DNA of 64,000 bases from the human T2T-CHM13v2.0 reference genome, Homo sapiens, in NCBI RefSeq assembly GCF_009914755.1, contig NC_060946.1. One strand, 5' to 3'. The notes beneath the pieces were generated by a model. It was not told where the DNA came from. It was given only the letters and a program-made list of their open reading frames with translations, and did not search any database. The position numbers were made by a program, and so were the translations under genes. Each line of letters begins with the position of its first letter. Within the stretch, counting starts at the first letter, position 1. This document shows, piece by piece, positions 1 through 64,000 of this stretch.

Positions 1-859
1 GGAATCCTTTTCTGTCTGGCGCTCCACCGCCCACAATCAGCCCCAGCCCCAGGCGCCCCTTGCCGAAGGATCCTGGCCCATCTCACACAAGGGCGGGACC
101 CCGTGGAGTGCCCGGCGAGCAGGGCAACCACTGGGAAGACAGATACTGATTTCCCTGTTGGGGTCTGTGACCCTCAGCAAACGAAAAGGAAACGGTAACA
201 AGACGGTGGCCTCCTGCCAGGACCTCAGCAGGAGGTTTGCTGGTGAAGGTTCTGGGTGAGCTGGAATGGGTGATAAGGCGGGCTTGCTGGGTGGTGGCCT
301 CAGGCTGTTCCTGGGCCCCTGTCGCATAGAGCCCTGTGGGTGCAGTGTGGGGCCCCACAGCCGTCCCGGGGTCGTCCTGATGCATAAGAGCAGAGACCCC
401 GGAAGAGAAACCCGCCTGCCCCGTGTGATACAGGGCTCCCAAACGCTTCCCGGTGGAACCCTGCTCCCGAGGACACCTTGTCTCGCTCCACGGAACCCTT
501 CCCCCAGCACCCCCTGGAAACACAGCAGCCAGGAACAAATTCTCCATGCCAGGAACGAAGCCCTTGGCTAAACTGGAGACTCATCAGTGCACAGATGGTG
601 GTGAGGGGTGAGGGCAGGGCGTGGGGTGGTGCTCAGCCCTGGGGACACCATCACTGTCCTGCTCTGACCCACAGGTGAGAGGAGGATGCTGTGCTCCCGG
701 AGTGTGGCGCCGGGAGGATGGCTCGGCAGGACAGAGGCCTGGGGCTGAGGCTATGCCCAGGGCCGGTGTGGGGAGGGACATGGGGGCCTTTGCAGAAGCA
801 GCTCAGAGAACTGAGGTTGGAATCCTGCCCCAAGCACAGGTTTTGGGGACAGCGAGTGC
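1..859 (-). other. TTLL12: TTLL12 3'UTR (continues past the window start)
   Basis: Downstream of the stop in the terminal exon; I saw no AATAAA on the minus strand within 1-859. Confidence 0.8.
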
Positions 860-19873
<19,014 letters not shown>

Positions 19874-19935
19874 GGCGCCAGCACCCGCGCCGACTCCAGC
19901 GCCGCCACCGCCGCCGCCGCCCGCCGTCCGTCGGC

Positions 19936-20330
19936 CCTGCCCTCCCGCCTCCGCCCCCTGCCCCGCCCCGCCCTCCTCCCAGCCCCCCCCCGCCCCGCCC
20001 TCCTCCCAGCCCCCCGCCCCGCCCTCCTCCCAGCCCCCCGCCCCGCCCTCCTCCCAGCCCCCCCGCCCCGCCCTCCTCCCAGCCCCCCCCGCCTCCGCCC
20101 CCCGCCCCGCCCGCCTCCCAGCACCCCCGCCCCGTCCTCCTCCCAGCCCCCCGCCCCCCGCCCCGTCCTCCCCCCAGCCCCCCGCCCCTGCCGCGCCCCC
20201 TGCCCCGCCCAGCCCCCGCCCCCTGCCCCCCTCCCCACCGCCCCGTCCTCCTCCCGGCCCCCCCGACCCCTCCCCTGCCCCGCCCTCTTCTCGCCCCCTC
20301 ACCCCGTCCCGCCCCGCCCCCAGTCCGCCT
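19936..20330. repeat. GC-rich minisatellite (~24-bp unit CCCCGCCCTCCTCCCAGCCCCCCG) upstream of the TTLL12 ATG
   Basis: Near-perfect copies at ~19960-20090 degenerating to ~20330; translates as GGWEEGGA repeats on the minus strand. Confidence 0.85.
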
Positions 20331-20837
20331 CCAGCCCGGTTTGCCGCGGCCCCCGGGCAGGCCCTGCGCATCGGCGGGGTGCGTGCGAGAGCGCGCGAGC
20401 TTGCCAGGAGGGGGCGCGCGCCTGCGGCCGCGCCTGTGGTTTGGCTGCCGCCGTGTGCGCACGCGCACCTGATGGTGGCTGAGCTTTTCTCGCTCAGCGC
20501 GCGGCGACCCCGGGGAATGCCGGGAGGGCGGGGTGCCTACGTATAGGGCGCTGTCAGGACCGGAAAAGGCCCCACCGACGGCCCGGAAGGTGTCCTGGGG
20601 CCCGAACCCGGTGAGGCGGCGCTTCTGTGCCTGCACCGGGCACACAGAGCTCGCAGGCCCCCTGCCTTGGGAGCTCTCGATTCTTGTGAGCGTTTCACCA
20701 GATTTGGATGCTGCAAAATCGTGGCCCTTCTCAATTACTTATATTTGGATTCGGAATGTCAGTTGATCCAATTAAGACCAAGTGTACCCGTCAGAGGAAT
20801 TTACTCCTACATGTCGGGATGTTTCGAAGTGCAGTTG

Positions 20838-22645
<1,808 letters not shown>

Positions 22646-22784
22646 GGCCCTTCCATCCTGAAAATCCAAGCCCAGGTTGACCTTTGGTCCCTGATAGCTT
22701 TTTGTTCTGAGAGCTTTGCCAAGGGTACTCATACAAAATGGGTTTTTCATACAACATGGAGCCTAAACCCAATACAATGACTTT

Positions 22785-29200
<6,416 letters not shown>

Positions 29201-29429
29201 AGTTTTTATTTTTTATTTTTCATTTTTTGTAGAGATGGGGGAGTCTTGCCATGTTGCCCAGGCTGGTCTCGAACTCCTGGACACATGCAATCCTCCTGCT
29301 TTGGCTTCCCAAAGTGCTGGGATTATAGGTGTGAGCCACTGCACCTGACCCTAGATTTCTTTTAGAACCTGAGGAAAGCTGTGGGCCATATTCCCAGAGA
29401 AATAGAAATGTGTATCTGTACATGCATGT

Positions 29430-29431
<2 letters not shown>

Positions 29432-29470
<39 letters not shown>
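29432..29470. repeat. (CA)n microsatellite
   Basis: Direct reading. Confidence 0.95.
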
Positions 29471-29471
<1 letters not shown>

Positions 29472-29567
29472 CATTGCGTGCCGAATTTCAATGAGTCATA
29501 GATTCCCTGAGGCTCACTGTGACCATGACTTCCAGATTAAAGCCCCAGTGTCAAAGAACAACTCTTG

Positions 29568-29862
29568 GCCGGGCACGGTGGCTCACGCCTGTAATCCCAG
29601 AACTTTGGGAGGCTGAGGCGGGCGGATCACGAGGTCAGAGATCGAGACCATCCTGGCTAACACGGAGAAACTCCGTCTCTACTAAAAATACAAAAAATTA
29701 GCCAGGCGTGGTGGCGGGCGCCTGTAGTCCCAGCTACCCGGGAGGCTGAGGAAGGAGAATGGCGTGAGCTCAGGAGGCGGAGCTTGCAGTGAGCCGAGAT
29801 CACGCCACTACTCTAGCCTGGGCAACAGTGAGACTCTTGTCTGAAAAAAAAAAAAAAAAAAA
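29568..29862 (+). mobile_element. Alu SINE (AluY-like)
   Basis: GAGATCGAGACCATCCTGGCTAACACGG diagnostic sequence. Confidence 0.93.
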
Positions 29863-30164
29863 CAAAACTCTCATTTCATCATGAGTTATGCGGGGAAATG
29901 GGATTTGAAATATGGACATTTTGCCTTCTGCCAGTTAGAAGCATGTCTGTTCCCTAAATGTGGGCGCCCCCTGCGTCTGTACGTAGATCTCCAGCTCGCT
30001 GCTTTATTTTCCAGAGGTTACTGTAGCTCCTTACTTTCAGTCCTCAATAGCGTCATGAAATTTCTTCCATTATTTTTTCTTTTCTGGATTCCAGTTAGCA
30101 TTTCCCCCCAACTCATGACTTCTGCTGAATAAGAGAAAAGAGCAATATTTAGGTTCATTTCCTG

Positions 30165-30170
30165 TTTATT
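30165..30170 (-). terminator. Candidate distal SCUBE1 polyA signal (AATAAA), implying a ~6.7 kb 3'UTR
   Basis: AATAAA in AT-rich non-repeat sequence, with UGUA ~30 nt upstream and a U-rich downstream element. Confidence 0.65.
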
Positions 30171-31656
30171 ATTAAAGTGATTTTCACAAATGTTTCATTA
30201 CATGCATATGGGGGACATGATGGATAAAACAAAACTGAATATTTGTGGCAACTAAAAGGAAGATGTGGTTATGTTGGTATTTGCCACTTGCAGGCAGAGT
30301 CGTTGCCAAGCGTCTGGACAATACAGTGCCCTCACAGGAGCCAGAAGTGAAGTCTGCGGGCCGCTAGCACAGCGCCCTGGTGTCCTGTTCCCCGAGCAAT
30401 GTGGCCTGCGTCTGCTCGGCATGTTGGAGGTTCTGATCTCAGCGGAGTAAGACACCCGGCATCGGTCAGCTCCCTCTTCCTCCTCCTGCTTTCTGCCACC
30501 CATCTGCCGAGGGCACTGGGCACTCTCTTACTTGCATCTCTGCAGGGCTGTGCCGGGGCCTCCCCAAGAGCAGTGGGGACACTCGGCAAGGGCACTTGAG
30601 CCTCTGGCTGTGTCTGCTCACGTCGGCACAGTGAGTACCCTGTCCGCCTGGTAGGGAAGGCAGAAGCTGTCTTTTCTCCGAACGAGTTTTTCGTGCTTGT
30701 GAAGGAGGGAAGGAATGTCACTGAAGTCACCCTGGCCCGGGATCCTCCTGTTCTCTCCCCTCCCTGCAGCCTTCTCTCTGTCTCTGGACTCCACCGCCAG
30801 GGCTGACCTGGCCCAGTTTCCAATCTGTAAGCTTCAGATTGATCAACGTTTTAGAGACATTTCCTACCCTTGGATTAGATGGGCTTGAGTTTGATTCCCA
30901 AATCCAGGGACTACCAACTCTTTGCCTTGGGCATGTCCTGTGGTCTCCCAGAGCCTTCATTTCCACATCTGAAGAATGGTCTTAACCCCACCATCTACAT
31001 GGGGCTGGGGGGATGGAATGTGTGGATATTAGAGGGTTGAGCCCAGAGCCTGGCACCCAGTGGGCACTGAGTGAGCGTCAGCTTCCCCGCCTTTCCCTTC
31101 TTCCTGTTGGGGCTTGGGGGGTGCAGACAATTCCAGGGGGCTCACTCAGGGGCTCTGAGTGGCATGGTGCAGCAGGGGACTGGAGAGGCCTTGAGGCCAT
31201 CGCAGCAGATGCTGGGAGGGCACGCAGGCCATGCCTGTGTTGTCTGGGCTTCAAGGATGCTTTGCCCACACCTGATGTCCTTTCCAAGAGCAAGGCAGGT
31301 GGGATCAGGCCAACCCCAGCTCTGCCTGCCCAGGACTTACTCCTGGAAGGGCCAGGGATCTGTGGGTGCTGTGGGGGCAGAGGCAGCCGCGGTAGAATAG
31401 GAGGCGCTCTCTGCTCTCTCTCCACATCCTCACTCCACCCCTCATTACATCCTCTGCCCTTGGCCTGAATGATGTCGGCTCGGCATGGACACCTTGTGCA
31501 TCTTTGGTGAAAAGGGACCTCAATGTCAGGTGCAGTTTGCCAGGGTGACCAGACTTCCTGAGCATGGACCAGGGGAGGTGAAAATGGCTGGACTCCCTGG
31601 GTGAGAAGGAAGGCTTCTCCCTGTGGGGCATGCACTGTGGCAGGCAAGGTGAGCAG

Positions 31657-32015
31657 GCTGTCCAGGGCAGCTTGTCTGCTGTCTGGGGCAGGGTGTCTGT
31701 CTATCTGCTGTCTGGGGAAGTGTGTCTGTCTGTCTGCTGTCTGGGGCAGTTTGCTGTCTGCTTTCCGGGGCAGTTTGTCTGTCTGCTGTCTGGGGCAGTT
31801 TGTCTGTCTGTCTGCTGTCCGGGGCAGTTTTTCTGTCTGCTGTCTGGGGCAACGTGTCTGTCTGTCTGCTGTCCGGGGCAGTGTGTCTGTTTGTCTCTCT
31901 GCTGTCCAGGGCAATGTGTCTGTTTGTCTGTCTGCTGTCCGGGGCAGTTTGTTTGTCTGTCTGCTGTCTGGGGCAGTTTGTCTGTCTTTCTGTCTGCTGT
32001 CTGGGGCAGTTTGTC
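31657..32015. repeat. Compound minisatellite, ~13 copies of GCTGTCYRGGGCAG plus a variable (TCTG/TTTG)n spacer
   Basis: Anchors counted by eye; most units are 25-33 bp and differ in 4-nt steps. Confidence 0.9.
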
Positions 32016-33921
32016 ATCTGTGCAGGGCACCAACTCCCTGTCTTTCTAGGAGCCTGGCACACAGGAGGTGCTCAGTAAATGTTTGCGAAATGACTCAACT
32101 TATTTCAGTATCTTATTTTTTCTGCTGGGGGTGGTGGAGGCACCGGAATAATATTCAACTCCAAAAATGTAAATTAAGCATCGGTATGGCTTAAACAGGC
32201 CAGGGGCCTCCTGCCGTGGACAAGCCCAGGGGACAGGCTTCACTGAGACGCTGCCTGCGGATGGTGCGTCTCTTAAGAACGAGCGTGCATGAAAAGGGGG
32301 GCCATTCAGACAGAAAACTACGCTCGTTAGAGGTAGGGGAAATGGCTTCTCTCCCAAGGCCTTCAAATTTGGCCTCTTGTGCCATCCTTGTCTGGGGATG
32401 TTTTGGCCCGTGTTTCAGCTCTACTTTATCTGTGTGTCCTAAGCCAATGGGTAGCTGGAGAGAAAGCTGCCTGAGGCCTCCACCGTGGGCCCACCGTGAG
32501 CCCTGCAGCCTGGGCCACCATGGAGGTGGGGGAGGACTGGGCCACACTGTACCCTTGGGGATCCAGCGTTTCGGAAACTGGTCATCGCCTTGCCAGCGTG
32601 ACCTGTGTGGGGCAGGGGCACTGAGGCTGGGGAGCGTAGGCTGATTCTGCTGCTTGAGAGGAGGGAGGTTGGTGTGGCTGTGGCTGTGAGGCTCTGGCGC
32701 GGGGAAAGATGGGGAGAGGCTCTGGCATGGGGAAGGACTGGGAAAAGGCACAGCCTAATTCTGGGCAGCAGGTGAGGCCACCTGGCTGCAGGCTGCCCTC
32801 AGCGGCTATATGAGCCCTCAATCACGGAGGGCCTGGCTGTCTTCGAAACCCTGCTGCAGGTTCCTTCCCTTCCCGTGGCTTGTTTCTGGAAAGTAGAAAT
32901 AAACTTGGGGGGAATGCCAGGAATGTGGGGCAGAAAGGTCCCCCCACGCCTGGGTCCCACCTGACTCCTGGGAAGCTGTGCGGGAGACACCCCGGTTTTC
33001 CATGCCTTTCTTCACAGAGTTCCTCTGGTTCCCTGGGGTGCCATGCTCCATTAGGAGCTGACCCAAGCTCAGAGGAGCCTGGAGACCGGGCAGGCGCCTC
33101 CGTCCCGGCCAGATGGCAGTGCAGGGACTCCCAGCAGCCTGCTTGCTTCTTGGCTCCTCTCCCTGGAGCACAGCGTGCGGCGCTGGGGACCTCATCAGCT
33201 GCTCAGGCGACAGTCGAGGAGGGGCTATGCCGGCCTCCCCTCAGACAGCATGGGGGCCTCCTGGACTCTCTGCCCCCAGCTTCCATTTTTTCTTGGGCCT
33301 CGTTACGTGGATCCGTCCTACCTGGCCCAGTCCTTGTTCCCCACTTCCCTTTTCTCTACACCTCCATCTTGAACCAGGTGGAATAGCCACCTCACATCAG
33401 TCAAGCTGCCATTGGCTTCGACAACATGCCAACTGGAAGAAATGCGCTTTGCTGTCCACGGAGCTCACCTTGGGACCATCCCGCCCTGAGGCCCAGGGTC
33501 AGCTGTAGTTTAACGGGGGACCCCCAAGTTCCCTGGTGTGAGACTGATGTGGAGACTCAAGACAGAGCCCAACCCTGGAATTCAAGTCACTCAGATGGTG
33601 TGGGAGGCCCAGTGGGGCTGCTGGCGACCTCGCGCTCCTCATGGCCTCTCCCGTGGGCTGGGAGCTATAGAAGGGCTTGCGAGGGAAAGCAGGATGAAGG
33701 CTGGGCCTCGTCTGCACCTGCCCATCCAACTTTGCCCTGGGCACACTGGGCATGGTCTGACCACGGTGGTGAGTCCTGGAACATGAGGGGAGGAGAGGCG
33801 GGCAGTGGATCTGTGAGTACGTGGGTGGCAACTTTCAGAAATCGCCCAAAGGAATTGCAGAAAGAGCTCAGAGAGGTTAAGAGCTCTTTCTGTTTCTGGA
33901 AAGGATTAAAAAAGAAAACCC

Positions 33922-34718
<797 letters not shown>

Positions 34719-35489
34719 CGTGAAGAGGCGACACCCCTCCCGGCACCTTCCTCAGGAGCTGTTGCTGCAGGCTCACTCGGCAGGATGCTCGCCTCTCATC
34801 TTGGGGATGACTGACGGCTCCACAAAGGGAGGGAGGGAGGCCTCTTTCCAGAAACCAGGGCTGGCCTGCGTGGACTGTGACCAGAGGAGCGGCAGTGGCC
34901 CCTGGCAAGGCTTGTTAGTTGACACTGACCTACTCCCCAAGTGCAGAGGCTCCACTCTCTCTCCGACTTGAGTTGGACTTCAGCAGAGAAGGCAGCTGAT
35001 GGCAGCAGGAGCCACGCCGCGGAGCCCGCTACTGTGGGCACATGTGACGGCGTGAGTAATTGCTGAGCTCCGGGCCCTCTTTTGGACTGTAGAATATGTG
35101 ATCACGGCCTACCTCGTCACCAAGCCCTGAACCTCCAGGGACCTCACTTGGCTGCCTCCATCTGTGTGGTCCTCAGTGTGCCACAGCCTCTCAAACCGTG
35201 TTTGTTTCTCGCCAGCCAGGCTGGGCCCGGGGGTGACCAGGAGGAACCCTAGAGGCAACTTCGAGCTGAAGACTGGAGTTCATTTTCAGATTCTCCCAGG
35301 TTCCTTGGGATTTTCAGTATTTGTTAACCTGAAACACACAGACCATTTCCCATGCAGGTCCTACAGCTCGCAGGCAGATGAAGAGCAGGCAAGGCCTCCT
35401 GGACCTCGGCATGGGGTTCTGCTGGCTCCATCCCAGGCGCTGGCCTTCCGGCTGGGTGGGACACATGCACTCGGTCACAGCCCAGACTC

Positions 35490-35642
35490 TCTTTCTCCCG
35501 ACATTTCCCTGCTTGCTTCTCTCTCCTGCTGCCTTGTGAAGAAGGCGCTTGCTTCCCCTTCACCCTCCGCCATGATTGTAAGTTTCCTGAGGCCTCCCAA
35601 GCCATGTGGAAATGTGAGTCAATTCAACCTCTTTCCTTTATA
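35490..35642 (+). mobile_element. MaLR LTR fragment (MST/THE1-like)
   Basis: CCGCCATGATTGTAAGTTTCCTGAGGCCTCCC...TGTGAGTCAATT. Confidence 0.8.
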
Positions 35643-36138
35643 GGAAGGAAAGAGGTTTCCCTGTGAATGGGGGTGGCATGGCGTAGCAAGAGGAGGCTGC
35701 ACTGGGAGCCTGGCCTCTGACAGCAAGCTCTGCTCTCTCCCCTTTCCTCACTGGCCGCTCTGAGGCTCCTTGTGGTGGTACAGCCTGTGCTCCTGTGAGC
35801 AAGGCCTTGTTTCCTGCTGACACCTGGGCATAGTACGGACCCCAAGGTCACTGCCACAGGGCAAGAGCCAAGGCCCCTTTCGCCGTTTATTGCTGGGCCC
35901 CTGCACCTCCTGGGAACGGGTCCGAGGGGAAGTGTCTTCCACTGAGTCTCGTCCAAGGGCAGTGATGTTGCTGGCAAGGGGACTGGGGTGAGGCCAACAC
36001 TCCAGCAGAGCATCTGAGCCTAGTTCTCGAAGAATTCGTGTTCAGAAGCAAGTCCAAGGCAAGCTGTGCTCTCCCCAGCCCCAAGGGCTGCCGGCCTCAC
36101 AGAAACAGAAGGGCAAATGCAAATGCTGGGAGGAGCTG

Positions 36139-36144
36139 TTTAAT
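36139..36144 (-). terminator. Candidate proximal SCUBE1 polyA signal (ATTAAA)
   Basis: ATTAAA ~755 nt after the stop, with UGUA upstream (36217-36220) and a U/GU-rich tract downstream; a second AATAAA lies at 35886-35891. Confidence 0.6.
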
Positions 36145-36261
36145 CGTTCAGGGAGGCTGATAGCTGCTGGGACTCACTGGGCTCATGCGGGAAGGGATGG
36201 GGTCACAATTCATATTTACAGTGACCAAAGGGCATTTTCCTAAAGTACCCACAAATAGAAG

Positions 36262-36301
36262 TATATATATATATTTATATATATATTTATATATATATAT
36301 A
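36262..36301. repeat. (TA)n-rich tract in the SCUBE1 proximal 3'UTR
   Basis: Direct reading. Confidence 0.85.
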
Positions 36302-36897
36302 GAGTACTTCATTAAATGTTCTGTTGAAGGAATGCAGAAACTTCCAGTCTCCTCCCCAGCAGCTCTGTTCCATCCAATCACAGAACCCTTAGAGCGCAAC
36401 AGCCCGGAGCCGTGGCCTTGCCTGTGGCTGGAGGAGTTGGCAAAGCGTGGGGCCCGCGGATGCCAGCACAGGCTCATCGACCTCCCCCAGACGGCGCCTT
36501 TGTCCCCTCCTCTCTCCCCTGGACTCCTGTCTCGGATGACCACGCCTCCCAGAGCACAGGCCCCACTTCCCCTCTCTCCTGAAACGCCAGGCCAGGCAGA
36601 GGGTCCTGCAATCCTGCTACCTGCAGTCGGTCTGCCAGGGCTCAGGAGAGGGCGCTCTTGGTGTCCTGGGGAAGGGAGGCAGAGGGAGGGAGGGAGGCTT
36701 CCTGAAGCAGGGTGCTCCCACAGGGGCAGCGGGTCCGAAGGGTGCCTGGGCTCGGTCTCCATGGGCTGGTCGGCTTCCCTGAAGGGCAGTGCCATGGGGT
36801 TCCCAAGGTGGTGTGGAGGCCCATGCAGCTCCCACTGTGGAGGGCAGGTGCACCCTCCGCGGACCAGGCCACCCCCAGGCAGGGCCGCTCCCCCCGG

Positions 36898-62082
<25,185 letters not shown>

Positions 62083-64000
62083 CTGCGTGGCCACAGGGAG
62101 ACAAAGTTGGGGGAGGAGTTTGAGGGAGTGGTGGGTGGGCACAGCCTGTCACTCTCAGTCACTCAAGGCACATCTGTGGACACACAGTCCCTGGGCGCAG
62201 GCGCAGCACAGCACCGACCCACAGGAAATGGGAGACTCCTTGCTGCTCGACTTTCCATTGTGTCTCCATTAGCCTTCTGTTTCTGGGTTGGGAGCCACCT
62301 CACGTCTTTTCTGGAGACGAGCAGGGCAGAAACATTGTGAATGGAAGGGATTATTATGAATCTCTGCCATTTTACTATCTCACAGTCAGCTCCAATTAGG
62401 AGTGGTAGAGAGGCATTGAATCCACGCCTGCAGGAAACGGACTGCAGCTGGCCCCAGGGCCCTGGGGAGGCAGCTGACTTGGGACATAAACCTAGGCCTC
62501 TTGGATGCTGACCAAAGCATCTTTCCCCATCACCCCATGATGTTTCTTGAGAAAATAAGGAAAACCACACAGGTAAAAAGAGAAGAGGAAATATGCCACC
62601 CATAAAGGTCAAAAAGGGAGCTCTGATAGAATGTGAAATGTGATGATGAGCTTCCTGGCAGCCAAGGTAAAAAGGGAAAGAGGGAAGGTCATGGGGTGTT
62701 TGTTCCTGGAAAGGAAAAAATGAACCACCATGTTGACTGGAGACAAGTCTGTCCTGGCCATAAATTCTGAGGAAAATGGCTGTTATGGGACAGTTGATGG
62801 GGACCCCTGAAGGCAAAACAGACGCCAACCTGCCCCTCCTTGGGCATAGCAGTTAAGAGTTCATTCTTTGAAAACATTAGCTCATGTAATTTCACAAATA
62901 TTTGTAATATACGCGTATTTATGAAACCACTAACACAAGGAAGAAATTGTGCATGGTGCTCAAAGGCGAGTGTGCTCCCTCCCAGGGAGGATCTGGGACC
63001 TCCGGGTACTTGCGGCACCTGGGCTAAAATCTGAAGGATGGGACCAGCCTGGAATGAGCGAATGAATGTGGAGGAAGGGTGCTCCAGGCAGTGGCTAGGA
63101 GGTAAGAGCATGGGGTGCCCAGGGGATGCACCTGTTCCCTTGGGCCCAGCCCCATCTGAACTCCCCTCCCCTCCTAGGAGCCACCCTGGCAGGTCCACTT
63201 GTGTGGAGCCCAAGGGGGACTGGGGTGGTGTCTGGGGTCCCCTGAGTGCCAAGCAAAGGAGCATGGACGCTTCCCTGCTGGACCTGTGGAGCCCAGAGCC
63301 CCAAGGCCTCAGAAAGATGAGCCTGGAAGGGGGTGGAAAAGATACAGGTGGGGGTGGGGCGGGTGAGGACAGGGCCTCACAAGCGATCTCACCTCCTCCT
63401 CGACAGCCGCCTGCCTCTTTCAGGGGGCAGCTGGGATGCAAGGTCAAGGGCTCTCCTCAGCCCTCTGCAGAAGAACTTGGCAAGGCCAACAGAGAAACAA
63501 AGTCAAAGTCAGAAGAACCCTGATAGGGCCTGGACAGACACTGTGCTCCTGTCTAGACCTCAGGCCCTGAGGAGAAGACAGGGCCAGGATGCCCGTCCAG
63601 GGACGAAGAGGCTGAGCCTGGGGAAGGCAGCGGCTGGCCTGGGGCACACATGATTCTGAGGACGGCAGGCCCTGGCCCTACTCTCGCCAGCCTCCTGCTT
63701 TTACATTCCTCAGGGACCTTGTGGGAGAACAGCCCTCGCTCCTCAGGGCCTCACCCTGCCCCGTGCCAGCCCCTGAGCTGCACTGACAGGCAGAAGCACA
63801 GCCTGGTACCCAGACAAGGCCACATGCTGCCCGCAACTGCTGGTACCCCGTGGGCAAAAAACCACCAGAGCACAGCTGGATAATCGTCAGGGAAAGACAG
63901 CCCCTGCCCTGCTACATGGGGTGCCCCACCCCCTGCACTTTCTCCCAGTGTGGGGCCCACAGGGTACCTGTCTCCTTCCTCATGGCCTCATCCGGCCCCA

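Noticed and set aside
31078-32194. Long repetitive ORFs on both strands (QTADRQT / CLSAV repeats)
   Set aside because: Translations of the VNTR; no splice or domain support
62250-62960. AT-richer intronic stretch with CATTGT (SOX-like) motifs
   Set aside because: Short motifs expected by chance; conservation and chromatin data are needed

Overview
Human (primate) genomic DNA, GC-rich and Alu-dense, matching the TTLL12-SCUBE1 locus (chr22q13.2 by recall). The minus strand carries two genes in tandem. The first is the complete TTLL12 coding sequence: 14 exons, ATG at 19873, stop at 860; exon lengths sum to 1935 nt = 644 aa + stop; CpG-island promoter with a GC-rich VNTR. The second is the 3' part of SCUBE1: exons 9-22, stop at 36898-36900, covering EGF repeats, spacer, Cys-rich repeats and CUB. 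It includes a GC-AG intron, tandem polyA signals and an inferred ~6.7 kb long 3'UTR. Between the genes is a nested Alu/L1/ERV1 cluster. I found no prokaryotic or novel multi-gene system. The best leads are: an upstream ATG reading in frame through the promoter VNTR into TTLL12; an unexplained ~130-bp duplication flanking SCUBE1 exons 20-21; three motif-rich tandem repeats; the GC donor; an in-frame SCUBE1-TTLL12 read-through possibility; a +4 tandem donor opening an alternative SCUBE1 C-terminus; and closely spaced inverted Alus. Exon boundaries were read by hand from splice sites and checked for frame. Repeat boundaries and subfamily names are approximate.
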